Assembly (NCBI GenBank): GCA_051362555.1
Contig: CM120640.1
Coordinates: forward strand, 11,346,001 to 11,410,000
Reading direction: 5' to 3'
From: Lingula anatina
Lineage: Eukaryota; Animalia; Brachiopoda
DNA: 64,000 nucleotides
Below the pieces are notes generated by a model that was not told where the DNA came from, ran no database searches, and saw only the letters and a list, made by a program, of their open reading frames with translations. The position numbers and the translations under genes were made by a program. Below are positions 26,566 through 39,444 of the stretch, one piece after another. Position 1 is the stretch's first letter. Each line of letters opens with the position of its first letter.

Positions 26566-27786
26566 TTACAGAACAGTTTGCAGCATGGGTTTAGATGTGT
26601 CCACGCCTGTGCTCATTGACACCCTACGCCGCGCGATATTCAGATCACCGTCGTCCATCCGCAAATGTTCTTCTTGAGTCGGGTGGTGACTATAGCTGAT
26701 GACATCCTTCGGAGGAAGAGGGCGGTTCTTTCTGCAGCAAAGAGACGAAAACAATCGCAATAGTTCTTTTCGAAATCTGGTCCCAACGAAGCAGTAGATG
26801 ACAAAGTTGAAACAACTTCCAAGTACTGTGAGGGATGTAGCGGCGATATTCAACTTGTCCATCAGGGTACCTTCTTGCAACGAGTTCTTCAGCTTGCAAG
26901 GCTCGTCATTTGTTACGAAAAAATATACCTGCCAAGCGCATTTTGGGAGGTTGGTGATTACGTACAGGCTTACTATCGATATGAGAAGGATAGTTAGATT
27001 TCTACTCACTGTGCGTCGAGAGGGCATCTCACTCCAGATTTTTGTGGTCTGTTTTATGTGTCTGATGAGCAAGCCGTTTAATACAGTAAGCAGGAGCCAA
27101 GGGATGATAAGCCAGACAATAGGGATTATGAAAGCGTGCAGAGCACAATGATACCCTTCAAAAGCATCCAGTGGCTTGCTAAGCAGTACGACTGGCGGGT
27201 CTGATGCGTTTTTGTTCCAAAACGGATACGTGATGAATTTCAAGTCTATCATGAGAAATTCTGGCAATATGGTCAGCAGCACTCCCAAAACTATCGTCGT
27301 AATCACTAAATAACATATTTTCTTGTTGGAGTACCGTTTCATTTCCAGCGGGTACTTAATCACTAAGAAACGTTCAACTGTTAACGCCAGGGTTATAAAG
27401 TATGACGTTCCTTGCGCTATCAGGTAGAGAGGTTCCATGAAAGTCTCGGAAACCGTGTCCAGAGTTAATCTGGTTTTAATGATGTCTTTGGGGTCATCGC
27501 TATAATAGGTCTTGTACGTGCCGTATGCAAACACCGACGTGACTGTCACACCGAGATCTGCAATGGAAAGCGCACGCAGGTAGATGATGTACGTAGTTGT
27601 TGCCGTCCCACGGATTGATCGTCTGCTAAGAACGATCAGATTTAAGATGTTTCCGATGAAACCGAATGACACGCCGACCAACAGAATGCCCCCATACCAA
27701 ATGTGAGAGTACAAAGTGCTGTATTCATTGCTGTGCCTGCTGACATTTCTTGTAAAGTTTTGTAGAGTTACATTGATATCAAGCAT
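26566..27786 (-). CDS. Rhodopsin-class peptide GPCR, FMRFamide/sex-peptide-receptor-like; intronless CDS, 406 aa
   Basis: Seven hydrophobic segments; N-glycosylation sequons NVT/NFT/NVS; GFIGNILNLIVL, YLRALSIADL, ALTVERFLVIKYP, IPW, NLP, NFVIY...FR. The real ATG is at 27786, just after an acceptor ttttttacag (27798-27797), implying a 5' UTR intron. Confidence 0.93.
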   Translation of the reverse strand: MLDINVTLQNFTRNVSRHSNEYSTLYSHIWYGGILLVGVSFGFIGNILNLIVLSRRSIRGTATTTYIIYLRALSIADLGVTVTSVFAYGTYKTYYSDDPKDIIKTRLTLDTVSETFMEPLYLIAQGTSYFITLALTVERFLVIKYPLEMKRYSNKKICYLVITTIVLGVLLTILPEFLMIDLKFITYPFWNKNASDPPVVLLSKPLDAFEGYHCALHAFIIPIVWLIIPWLLLTVLNGLLIRHIKQTTKIWSEMPSRRTVSRNLTILLISIVSLYVITNLPKCAWQVYFFVTNDEPCKLKNSLQEGTLMDKLNIAATSLTVLGSCFNFVIYCFVGTRFRKELLRLFSSLCCRKNRPLPPKDVISYSHHPTQEEHLRMDDGDLNIARRRVSMSTGVDTSKPMLQTVL

Positions 27787-28922
27787 ATTTTCAGTTCTGT
27801 AAAAAACAAACGTCAAAGTCGATATGCACCATTCCTTGCTTTACAATGAATTCTGAAGCCGTTTGGTCCGATGCTTAACTTCAGCAATGAAAGTTTACTT
27901 GGTTAATCAAATTTGCTGAACAATAAAATCAATCCTTTTTTGTGATGTGTGACTTCAGATAACGTTTACATGATACTGATGTGATTCGCAGTAAAATCCG
28001 ATCTTATATATGTATCTGAGACAAAAAGATTTCATGTGAGGGCGTAATTACATTAGAATTAATGAGAGCAGAATTTCGTGAGTAATCGCTGGAAAGTACA
28101 AGCTCCAAGAAACCAACTTATAATTACTTTCTTATCACGTCAGCCTAAGAAGATAATCTACCAATGGCTTTGTGTCAGATTACAGCGATCCTTCAGAAAC
28201 CGTTACAAAGAAAATGGCTGGCCACCGTTTTAATAGTCAAAACCAATATGTTGTCACATTTCGCGGAAAAGACATTTCAGTTGCGAGGAAACAAGCTTGA
28301 ACTCCCCATCTTTATTGGAAAAGTTGCTAATGAAGTGTTAATATTAAAAGATAAGGCTTGGAACACACCGTAATTAACAGAATGAGACAGCAATAAAGTG
28401 AACCAAAACGGCACAAATACAGGAGAGAAGACGGATGCGGAAAACTTGAATATGATGGCAATTAAAAAAAAAAAAAATAAAAAAATAAATATATATATAT
28501 ATATATATTTTTTTTTTTTACTCTGCTTTTATATATATATATATATATATAAAAGCAGAGTAAGGGACAGTTTATCTTGTATTTCGGGGAAAAACAAAGC
28601 AAGAACAAAGGTTAGCCTTTAGTAAAGCTTTAACATAGGTTTTTATTAGCCTATCGCTCAGTTGAATTTTTTCTGCACATATCAGAAGGGCATTTCGCCA
28701 AGTATAGGCCTACCTTTATCATGTGAGTAAAAAAAAAATCCTCAAGGAGCTACGATGAGAACCTACATTCATTCATTGGAGAGGTATACTTGAATAAGAT
28801 TCAATTTAGTGGCTCTTGGTGGTTTTTGTGGCAGACTTAGTTTTGACTGAAAGATACGTTCGATTCCTTTGCTGCGGCACAATTCCCAATATTCCACTTA
28901 AATCACTATATACATGTACACG

Positions 28923-29130
28923 TCTCCGCCAAGGAGGTTGTTTTCACCAGTCTGTCTGTTTGTCATCAACATAACTCAAAAAAGTTATCGACCGATTTTG
29001 ATGAAATTTTCAGGATAGGTGGGAAATGGGTTTTTGGTGGTGATCCATATCAATAATCAATCAATTATCAATAATAATCAAAAATTGCTGCCTTGGCGAA
29101 GGTCTGCGCTCTCGGAGTGCTTTCCTAGTT
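28923..29130 (+). mobile_element. Short non-autonomous Helentron/HINE (DINE-like) element
   Basis: 5' ctccgccaaggaggt hairpin/subTIR, gtctgtctgttt microsatellite, 3' subTIR ccttggcgaaggt, palindrome gcgctctcggagtgc and terminal ctagtt. Inverted copy at about 38175-38410. Confidence 0.8.
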
Positions 29131-30563
29131 TTTCATCATCAGTTGCTCACAATACTTTTCTCACTTTTTGTGTCGATTTTTAGCAAGTACTGTTCAAACA
29201 CTTTGGGCATGAAGACCATTCTTTTAAGGCTCATTTATAAAGGAACTGGTTAGGAAGAAGACAACTGAATAAAATAGTTCAATTTAATTTCACTATGTAT
29301 GTTTCAAATTATACATCTAGAAATTTGCCATCCTTAAATGCAATGAAGGCGACAAACGTGTTCTCTAAAGATAATTACATACACGGGTATATACTGACAT
29401 ATTTACAAATTTAACGGATTTAGCACATTTGTCAACTTGGATGTTATGCTAACAAAAAATATATTTGGAACCAATGCACTTATAAGTGTACCGGTAGCGT
29501 TTAGAGGCTTTAGTGAAAATTAATCGAGAAAAAATACGATGTAGTCGAATAAATGAAAAAGATTGACAGAAAAGGTTTAACAGCCTTTAATAAAGAGTAG
29601 AGAAAATAAAGATATCAAAATTTTCTTCTGTTAATTCTGTGAAATTTATGTACATCAATGATTGAATGATTCCTGTACCGAATGCAGGAGTCCTTGGCAT
29701 TAGAGAGAGCGCCTTCAATTAGTTTAGGAAATCTGTAAGAATTGTAGAATTTAATATCAAGTGCCAAAGCATCAGTTCTGCTCAAGATACTTGTATGCCC
29801 TATCCCAAATCAATATATGTCGGGAGGAGCGATTTCTACCCCCCCCCCCCCCAATTTCCATACATTATGGTCCTCTTTTCAGTGGTGTAGAAAAGTTAAA
29901 ATTTTTATACAAATTTGATTTCGTGTGTGTGTGGCATTGTCTAAGGATCATGTACACGACCTATAATTATATCTCTCAGAACATAAAAACCAAAAATTTT
30001 GTAAATTTTCTCAATGTCCTTTAATGACTTGATCTTCAAACAATATAAACTCAAGTTTAGTGGTAAAAAGAAATAGAAGGGTACCTTGATGAATGGACAG
30101 CTAAAGCTACAATAATAAAAACTTTTAACTTCATAAACTATAATAAAAAATGGCATGTACATGATTTGAACATTCTAATCAGATTTTCTCTCAGGGAGCC
30201 CAGACCTCTGCCTAGGCAACTCAACAGTTATTAATTTTAATTAAAATGTATTACTGGATCACGTTTCTGATCATATCCTATATTTTTTTTAAATCAAAAT
30301 TTGTGCATTACTTTGATCTATTCAAAACTTTTGAATTAGGGTATTAAGGTAAACTGACAAAGCCAAAAATCATAGCTTACTTATGAGTAATAACAGGTTA
30401 AGAAATGATAATATCTAGGATGTGATAAAAGTAACATGCCTAAATATTTAATACACAAAAAACTATATTCTATCTCAAGTTCTGTCACCTTAACAATGAC
30501 AAGCACCTTTCAAATGTTCTCTACTGGACTTGTTACACACTACCTTAATGCCATACTGTTAAA

Positions 30564-33500
30564 TCAAACCAAATTTGTTCTACTCCTTCTCCTATTCAAT
30601 AAGGTTCTCAAGTCAAACATCATTTTTGGCTCCCTGGTCCAAGCACATTCATTCTCTGCTGCAACGTCTTTTAAGCTGTCTTCTGCAAAACCACTGGGAG
30701 GCTGAAACTGTAAACCCCTGTTAACACAAGCTCCTGTCTCTGGATATAACTGACAATTTCCATTATTCTGCCATCCTGATTCCTGCTGCCAAAATGGGCC
30801 TGTACATCCACCACGAACTGGGTCACTACGAGCATGCAAGTCACCTCCATAGCCACTATTCTGATCTCCTTCCAAAGGAACTGGATTGCAATAAGGGCCC
30901 TGGTTCCATGTGCCACTTTGTGCTGCTGGGTTATGGATGTCTCTCCCATAATTGTGCATGCCTTGGTTTTCTTGAGGGGGGTTAATATTGCAGTGATACC
31001 CTTGCTGCCTCCACTCCTGATAGTTAAAGTTCTCATTACAGCCCCCTTGCCTGTTTAAGTTGTGAGATGGAAAGTTGCCACAGTGTGGATTCCATTCCTC
31101 TTTGTAGCCCTGTTCCTGATTCCACCCCTGTGATGGAACATTTCTGCCATAACCTTCTTGATTCCATCCCTGGTTTGGGGCACTACAACTTCCCTCTTGC
31201 CAACTCCAATCCTGGGGTGGACAGTGTCCATTGTACCCCCCTTGCTGATTCCAATTTGGTGGCAAGTGTTTATCATAACCACCTTGTTGGCCATTCCACT
31301 GCTGTTGTGGGCAGCTTGCCATATAATCTGGATCCTGTGGTGGTCCTGACCATTGCCTCTCTTCATACGAATGCTGGGTAAATGGGCCGTGATGAAATTC
31401 CCCATTGACTTGTTGGCAGTCCATCTGCCACTGCATCCTACCACTGTTAAAATGCCTGTGCTTAGGGTTGACATGCACAGTCTTGCGTTTCTTGACAGCT
31501 GCTACATTGTAACTTTTCTTAACAAACAACTTCCTTTTTAATGCTGTACCAGTGGAAGGTTTAACAGTCTCAATATTGTTCCCGTCTAGAATCTTGAGTG
31601 GAATTTTCCTGGACTGTTTGGTGTTGTCTTGTTGTACTTGGGACATGGGCTTCACATCCACAGTGTTTTCACTGCTGCAGACTTCTTTTTCTGCAGATTT
31701 TACTTTTATGACAGTCAGCTGAGAGGCCTCCTCTGTGGGAGTTTTAGCCATGTCATCAACAGGTACTTCTGATTCATGAACATCAGCTGACATTTGAGGT
31801 TTACACCGAGTTTCAACTATAACAATATCACTGTCACTGACTTGGCCATTCATGCCCATTTCTTCCTTACTTTTCCTGCCAGATGCCCCAGTCTCTGGTT
31901 CTGTGTCTGCATTTGAAGCCTCTTTACTCTCTGAACCAGATGTGCTGTTGGGAATACTACTGGCTATTACACTGCTTTCTTGAAGTTCCCTTGATGGAAT
32001 ATCATCTTCATGGACTGCCTTCATGACAAGGTCATTCTCTTGGGAAGTCTGGGAAATGTTCTCACTTTCTTGGATTGTTGTTATAGCACTTTCACTATCT
32101 TGGGATATATTTGTTAGATCTATAATCTCTTCAGTTATTTTTACATCACTCTCACCCTCTGATGTAGACTCTGCAGTATCTTTACGGACTTCAGTTGCCT
32201 TTGCAGCATTTTCACACTCTTGGCTCATCTTAGCATTTTCACTTTGTTGGACTACCTCCTTTGTAGCACTAACACTCTCCTCTTCAGTAGTTTCATTTGA
32301 AGATTTCATGGCATTCCCGTTGGCATCACTTTTGTTGTTGTTGCTAACTTTACATGATGCTTCATTGGAAACTTGTTTCCCACTGGTAGATGGTACTTTG
32401 CTCCTCTCAACTGACAAAGGTTTCTGGAAACTGAACCGTGGTACACTGATATTGTTGTCAAGGTCAAGCCCAGGCGCATACAAGGTTCCATACCCAATAT
32501 ACCTATCAGCTAAGCTGTCTGTGGTGTAGGAACGGCAATGCCTAAGCTGTGAGGGTTGAAGACCTAAAATTCTGTGAGATGGTGCCATAAAGTGCCACCT
32601 TTGACTGAGCTTTGTTAGATATATGTTGGTTATACGTCTGTGGGCGATCTCATTCCAGTGCACTCCATCAGGGGCCCTCAGGTGAACATGTTGTGTGAAC
32701 AGTTCACACATATCTAAAACACTGTACCCATGGAAGAGAGCCTCTAGCCTTGCACAGTGGTTACCTGCAGTGATGTCAAGGTGGAGGTTGCATGGGTTGT
32801 ATGGATTGAATGCCTTTGAGGGTTCAAGAAAGCCACCTCGTGGTTTCTTATTCACTGGCAAAGTGGACATCCACATGAACAAACTTGAAGGGGAGAGCAC
32901 CAAGTTCAGGTGGTCAAACAACCGTCTGATGTTAGTGCGATAAGCTGGTATTGCATTGGAACCATAGCTGTGAAAAAAAAGAAAATTTCAGGAAATAAAG
33001 AAAGAAACAAACCATAAACAAGCTTTTAATTTCAAATTTTCTCACCAGTTTAATGAATGTAAAAACTTAATAAAATCATAAACCCAGTACATGTCACATG
33101 AATTACAAATCTGGTTCTTAACCCAGGGTTAATCAAACTAGATTACGTAAACTGACCATAGAAATGGAATCAGCAACAGAAGTTCAAAATGCACTTGCTT
33201 GACAGTTAACATAACCTGTAATATATTTAACTTATTTGTATTGCCATGAATTCAATCTCTATACCTTGTCATGTCCCATATGCAGGAGCTCATGATGATC
33301 ACATCTGGTTTCATCTGCTCCAGGTCTTCTAGGACTTGTTGCACATAGTCATCATAGCACCTCACAATGAAGTAATATGTCACCATCACGTTGTGACCAT
33401 GGTACCTGCGGACCTCTCTGTATTTTGTACTATTCACCATCTCACCCAGGCAGCCTCCCATCAGAAGCTCATCACCCAAAAAGGTTTTCTCTCCCTGTAA

Positions 33501-35078
33501 ATAAGTGTCTACATAAGTTGCATGTTGCAATCAAAATTAGATCATTAAAGAATTGAAAATACACATCATGTGAATTTTGAACTGTATAATTCATAATATC
33601 ATATTTAAAATTATAACTCATCATGTAACAAGACAGCAATGTTCTGAAATGTTTTTTTTCCAGTTTTAACAATTTTTAACATAAAACGAAATTAACAGTT
33701 TACTGCCATTTTTATATGTTCAACTAAGAAAATTGATGAGATGGGAAAAATATCAACAGAGCAGTGTTAAATGTCCAATTTCTTCCATTCTTCCATTCTG
33801 AACATAGTGAATGATTGAATCTGACAAACTGCAATGATATGAGTTTATTTCCATTTTTGAAACTTTATTACACAATACACGATAACAAATTTACCATCAT
33901 TTTTACAAAATCAACTAACAATGTTGTAAAGATGCAGGAAATGTCAAACAAACACTTTTACGTATCTTATTAGTTTAATAATGAGACTGTTAACATGCCT
34001 AAGAATTGAATCTGAGGAAATGTGAAAAATATGCTGAAAAGTGAAAAAACAGCATAACTTCTACAATAATGGCTCGATCATGCTGATTTTCGAACTTGGC
34101 CCAGGGGCGGATCCAGAGATATTTTCTGACAGTCTTCCAAATTATCTTTGTTACCATCCTCCATTTTTGACCGTCTTCCGACAGAAAAATATAGATACCT
34201 GTCAATGCAAACTTGAAAATCTGACCGTCTTCCAGAAGACCTAGAAGACGGCCTAAATCCGCCCCTGTTGGCCTGCGTTTTATGAATATTCATCAGCTCT
34301 GTAAATATAAAGCCAAAAAGTAAAACTGCCCTCCACTTATCGTGTTTACAAGGAAAGTGCACGGCACCGGCATCGGCATCGCCATCGGCGACGACAGACG
34401 CAGGTGATGGCAATATGTACAGACACATCTGTGTCTGTACATAAAAATATTTATATATGAAACAATACATAATTTTCTATATTTCAATGACAGACTTATT
34501 ACATTGAAAGCACCCAATTTGAAAGATACCTTGGCTTTGAGCTGTGCTGTGGTGAGGTATCTATTGGCTTGGAGTAGTAGTACCAAATCCTTATAAACAC
34601 ATCTCATCACTAGAATAAATCATTTTAAAGGAAATGAAGTACACAAGTAACATGTCAAAATGCAATATTATGCCTTGTTAATGCAATATTCATAGTTATA
34701 TTAATGCTTCACGAACAGCATTCCCTAGAATAATGAAGTGTTATCACTTTATTTTGTAAAATTTTAAACATTAGCTTGTTATTGTTATAACTGTGAGTGA
34801 CATTCTGGTGCAAATTGACAAACTGAAATTTTGGTAATTGACAAACTCAAAATGCTTTTAAAAATATGTTTTCATAAACTATCATTTTGTAGTTAGCAAC
34901 ACAGTTTTAGCTCATGATAAAATGTGCACAACATATTTACATGCTTACATACACCTTGTGACAATTTGCAGCAAAAACCTGTCTAACCACAAATAAACAC
35001 ACCTGAACTTCCAATGATGACAACATGTCTGCCATGTAGTAACATCTGTGCATCCCGCTGGAGGTATGCAAGATTCAT
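30564..35078 (-). CDS. PC-esterase domain (PCED1/FAM113, SGNH fold) paralog A with a long disordered C-terminus; 4 coding exons, 929 aa
   Basis: Exons 35078-35003, 34609-34530, 33494-33265, 32967-30564; 2790 nt. Motifs HVVIIGSS|VMRCVYKDLVLLLQ, YREVR, YYFIVRCY, PDVIIMSSCIWDMT, PRGGFLEP, PDGVHWNEIAHRRITNI. Acceptor at 35094-35093 upstream of the ATG. Confidence 0.9.
33640..34446 (-). mobile_element. Truncated HINE/Helentron-like element in intron 2 of paralog A
   Basis: Same roughly 390-bp unique block and one 161-bp unit as 42235-43165. Ends in a GACG/GGC microsatellite, hairpin atgtacagacac-atct-gtgtctgtacat and an A run. Confidence 0.8.
34102..34267. mobile_element. hAT-like MITE inserted in the HINE 161-bp unit
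   Basis: TIRs caggggcggat / atccgcccctg; exact 6-bp duplication ttggcc at 34096-34101 and 34268-34273. The empty site is visible in the other 161-bp units. Degenerate copy at about 37780-37942. Confidence 0.85.
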
Positions 35079-35413
35079 CTTTCTGCAAACGCCTGCCAAT
35101 AAATGAAGCAAAATGTGATTACCATAAACATTACCATGAATCATTTAATCACATAAATTAATATAGCCACGTGCAGTGACAAATTTCAGAAAATATATTT
35201 AAATTGAAACCTCAAAGTCCTAAGAGTAATCTTGAGACAAAAATGCTGGTTAACTGTCTTCAATTAAGGATAAATGTACAGTACTTAGTACATTTCAACA
35301 GAGCTAGGACCAGCCGATCAACAGGATAAGCCTCACTATATGGGATATGGATAAGCCTCACAGCATAAGATATAGACCGTATGAATCTTGTTGACCAAGA
35401 TCACTAACGTCAT

Positions 35414-35557
35414 AGGGACTTTTGCTGAATGCAATCAGATAAACAGACTAACATGCCTCCTTTTTTTTCCAATGATCTCACGCTTTTCTATATTCTACTC
35501 AACACCAGGAGGAGGTTTGTTAGTATGTTAATCTGATTGCATTCAGCAAGAGTCCCT
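35414..35557. mobile_element. MITE with about 45-bp TIRs
   Basis: agggacttttgctgaatgcaatcagataaacagactaaca / tgttagtatgttaatctgattgcattcagcaagagtccct. Confidence 0.75.
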
Positions 35558-35801
35558 GTAGAGGTAGTGCACATTAGCAAGGTTGGCAAAATTCATTGTT
35601 AACAGTTCTTACCAGGTGTAACATGAAAATCCGACTCCCCCAGTCCAAATTTCATAATGAAAATCTGACTCCCCCCATGAAAAATGACACTAGTTTATTT
35701 TTCAAAGAAAAAAAAAATTAAATGCATTTTGAATATGCCACATCCTTTCCAATAATTGAATTCCTACATTTATTTCTCTAGGAGAGATCTGGAGTCTCTT
35801 A

Positions 35802-35976
35802 GGCCCCATTCAGAATAAGGGTCTAGCTTGTCTGAGGATCATATATGGCGACCCACTGCAAAAGTTGCCACCTCATCTACTAATAGACACTGAATAGATA
35901 TCCCGTGGAGAAGTATTCAAGTGGGTTGGCCATATTTCACCCTCAGACTAGTTAGTCCCCTATTCTGAGTGGGGCC
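35802..35976. mobile_element. Foldback MITE with GGCCCC termini (Harbinger-like)
   Basis: ggccccattcagaataaggg...tctgagg...atatggcgacccact / agtgggttggccatat...cctcaga...cccctattctgagtggggcc. Confidence 0.7.
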
Positions 35977-36633
35977 CTAGGAAATCCAGCAATTGATGGG
36001 ACTTGACTAAAATCTACTGACAACACAAATTTTTGGTACATACCAGGTGATAAACCAGAATTTTGAAGCAGGCTAGCTGTCAAAAACAATGGTATGAGCA
36101 CAGGGGTGGAGGTGGAGGTGCATACATTTATGTCCCTTCATTGCGCAATTAAATTTTAAAAGATTAAGTTTATGAAATGCAATTTGACCATGAAATCATC
36201 ACAACACCTGCAATAAATCTAATAAATTCTTCTCATTCCTAAATATATATTATTAAACTACCACAAAAATAATTCAGCAAAGCTCATGTTTGATATACGT
36301 TCTGAAAATTTGAACAATTCCTAGTAGCAAGTAGTATTGCTTGGTTATAATTGAGTCAAACTGAAGTTTACATTAGTTTAGCCTTGGAAAAATCTAGCAA
36401 AAGTACAATGATTTGTTTGGATTCACTCAGACTCTGAAGAAGGCTGATTAGCTCAAGTGTGATAGCAGACAGAGTGCAACTGTTATGCTGTTAGTTGGTA
36501 AGTGTTAATTATTGTCAGTGTACCATAGCAAATATCAGTCTACCAATAGGCATGATCTTTTTAATTACCTTAACACATATACCCAAACTGGTCAGCAACT
36601 GTTCTCAAATGTCTGACCCAATCTTGAATATAT

Positions 36634-36832
36634 GGGTGCTTTCCCAGAGATTTAGATCGATCTAACTCCCTGGGGGTTCACGCTAAATTGCAGTCAGCCG
36701 AGCGGGCACCATAGTTAATTACCCCCTTACAGCTTTTAGTAGGTGGGACAGACGCTTTAGCCGGCCAAGCTGACAGTAATCTAGTGAGACTCCCCACAGG
36801 GCTAGATCGATCTAAAAATCTATGGAAATGGG
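36634..36832. mobile_element. MITE of about 195 bp; inverted second copy in the last DCTN1 intron
   Basis: TIRs contain tagatcgatcta; the internal sequence is the reverse complement of 56332-56512. Confidence 0.75.
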
Positions 36833-36959
36833 GTGTATCACTTCTGGACTTGATTAAAATTATCTATTGCTGTGAAAACTCATGGGCCTTTTCCCACATC
36901 ATTGGACAGAGATATATGCATCAAAGCTCCACTTACAATTCTATTATTGTTATTACAGA

Positions 36960-37436
36960 TACAGTTCATGGTTAAAAGTAGGTCAAAGGTCAATTTTAAG
37001 GTCACAGTAAATTGCCTCTTGTGACTTTCTATTCAAATTCAATAGTAACTATGGGCGTATCTCTGCCAGTTTTGAAAAAAAAAAGCATTAAAAAGTTGCA
37101 ATGTTCAGATTATGGTGTAAAGTAGGTCAAAGGTCAATTTCAAGGTCACATTTAGATTGCCAGTATATGACTTCCTATTCGAGTTCAATAGTAACTATGG
37201 ACCTATCTCTGCCAGTTTTGGAGATAAAAGGGAACCAAAATTTGCAAAGTTCAATTCATGATGAAAAGTAGGTCAAAGGTCAATTTCAAGGTCACATTTA
37301 GATTGCCAGTATATGATTTCCTATTCAAGTTCAATAGTAACTATGGACCTATCTCTGCCAGTTTTGGAGATATAAGGGACTAAATGTTATAATTTTGGAG
37401 TTGCAACAATGTGCCATAAATTTCGTACAGAAAAAA
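36960..37436. repeat. Tandem array of about 146-bp units (3 copies) containing AGGTCAAAGGTCA
   Basis: Motif starts at 36980, 37124 and 37270; same unit as 43170-43805. Confidence 0.9.
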
Positions 37437-38174
37437 CTAGAGGATCAGAGAGGCGATACCGCCTCCGAATATTGTACCACCAGCTGGAGCAAGCGCATTC
37501 GTATAGACCCCCACATACACAAAATAAGGAACACAGCCACCAGTCTTGTGCTTGACAAGCTGTAAAAATGCAATCAACAAGAATTTTCAAAATATGCAAA
37601 AAATATACATATAACTAACAAGGCAGCAAAGCTGTCAAATGTACAGACAAAAAACAGAAAATAAAGATATAAAAAAAGGTCATTTTGTCAATTTTGATGC
37701 AATAATAAATAATGCTTATAATAGCACTGTCAGTCAACACTGAATTTTAATCATGCACAACAGGTAACATGGTCAATAACAGGAGCAGACCCTGAGATAT
37801 TTTCTGACAGTATTCCAAAGTATCTATGTTGATCCATCCTCCATTTTGATGGTCTTCCAACAGAAAAAAATAGATACCAGTCAATATAAACTTAATAACC
37901 TGTCTTCCAGAAGACCCAGAAGATGGTCTCAATCCACCCCTTCAATAAGATTACAGTTTCAGGACCATGAGAGACCAAAGTCACATGATGAAAGTCTCAA
38001 TATTTGAAAAATGATGACAGTGCATAAAATAATATTATATAATGTTTAAAGACATAAAAAACAATATAATTGCTTATGTGGAAATACAGAAAATGTGCAG
38101 TGCCTCGAGCGGATGAGAGTTAAAAGTCACAAATGCAAGTGTTTGAGAAAAAATTGTAAAGGAAAACATAACAA

Positions 38175-38410
38175 AACTAGAAAACCACCGAGAGTGCAGA
38201 CCTCTGCCAAGGCAGCAATTGTTGATTATTATTGATTATTGATTGATTATTGAGCCAGACCACCACTAAAAACTAACCATTGTCCTCTTTGGCCCAATTC
38301 TGACAGTTCCTGAAAATTTCAGCAAAATCGGTCCATAACTTTTTGAGTTATGTTGATGACAGACAAACAGGGGTGAAAATATAACCTCCTTGGCAGAGCC
38401 TGAGGTAAAT
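38175..38410 (-). mobile_element. Short HINE element, inverted copy of 28923-29130
   Basis: aactagaaaaccaccgagagtgcagacctctgccaaggcagc ... ataacctccttggcagag is the reverse complement of the 28.9-kb element. Confidence 0.8.
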
Positions 38411-38450
38411 ATAATTTCAATGAAGCTGCTATTCAAATTTTTAATCTTTG

Positions 38451-38501
<51 letters not shown>

Positions 38502-39444
38502 ACCTGCATAATTATCACTGCTTCCTTATTATTAATCTAGCAGAGAGCTTAACTTTTGGGAGTTTACAAGGAAATATCAACAAGTGTGCTTTATGTAATC
38601 TCCTTTAATGGCCTATCAATTAGGCAAATGACTTTATAACTCAGAAATTAGCTAAGTGATACCCAAGGGATATTAACAGACTGACCCTCTCAAAGGTCTT
38701 TCAGGCCCATAAGTCACATCTTAAGAAAAGCACAAAACAATAATGCACAAAATAGGAGACTACCAATTCTGATGCAATAATACACTATGTTTTACTGCAC
38801 AGTCAACATCAAATTTTAATTATGCACAACAGGTAACAACGACGAAAGTAAAAGCATAAGGCTTCAGGCCAATCAGAGTTCAAGTTTATACTTAGAAAGT
38901 GCCAGAATGAGAAAAATGAAAATTTCACACAAAATTGCATAAATTCAATAATAAATGATAACCCAATTGACCTGGCTTTCTAATTTGAACTGCATGCCAA
39001 TCCTAAAAATAATACTTGTAAGTTAATAATAAGTAACACAGTTTTCTTTTCATAATGTTTGCAGTAGCAATGCAAAAATATTGTTGTCAATTTTGATGTA
39101 ACATTACATAATAAATTATAGAATAATTATCACCAATTTTTGATTATTGACAATAAATAGCATGGACATGTAGAAAATTTGATCACCATTCGGCTTCATG
39201 TCCATGGGAGCTCCGAGTCCAACAATGAATATGCCAAAAAGATAATGAATATTTCACTCAAATGTATAACTTCCAGAAAATGAAGCCAATTAGACTGCTT
39301 TTCCAACTCATTCTGCATTTTAGTCCTGTGTTTCTTTTTTAAAGGTTTGACAGTCATAACACGGTTTTCCCATAATGGTCATAATGGCAGCAGCACCAAA
39401 AATTATGTTTTCTTCTATTTTGATGCAACATTACATAATGCTTA

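Noticed and set aside
26566-27816. ORF-track start of the GPCR at 27816
   Set aside because: It is a TTG lying upstream of a splice acceptor; ATG 27786 is the plausible start.
32023-32529. 168-aa hydrophobic antisense ORF within PCED1-A exon 4
   Set aside because: Expected mirror of an E/S/K-rich low-complexity sense frame.
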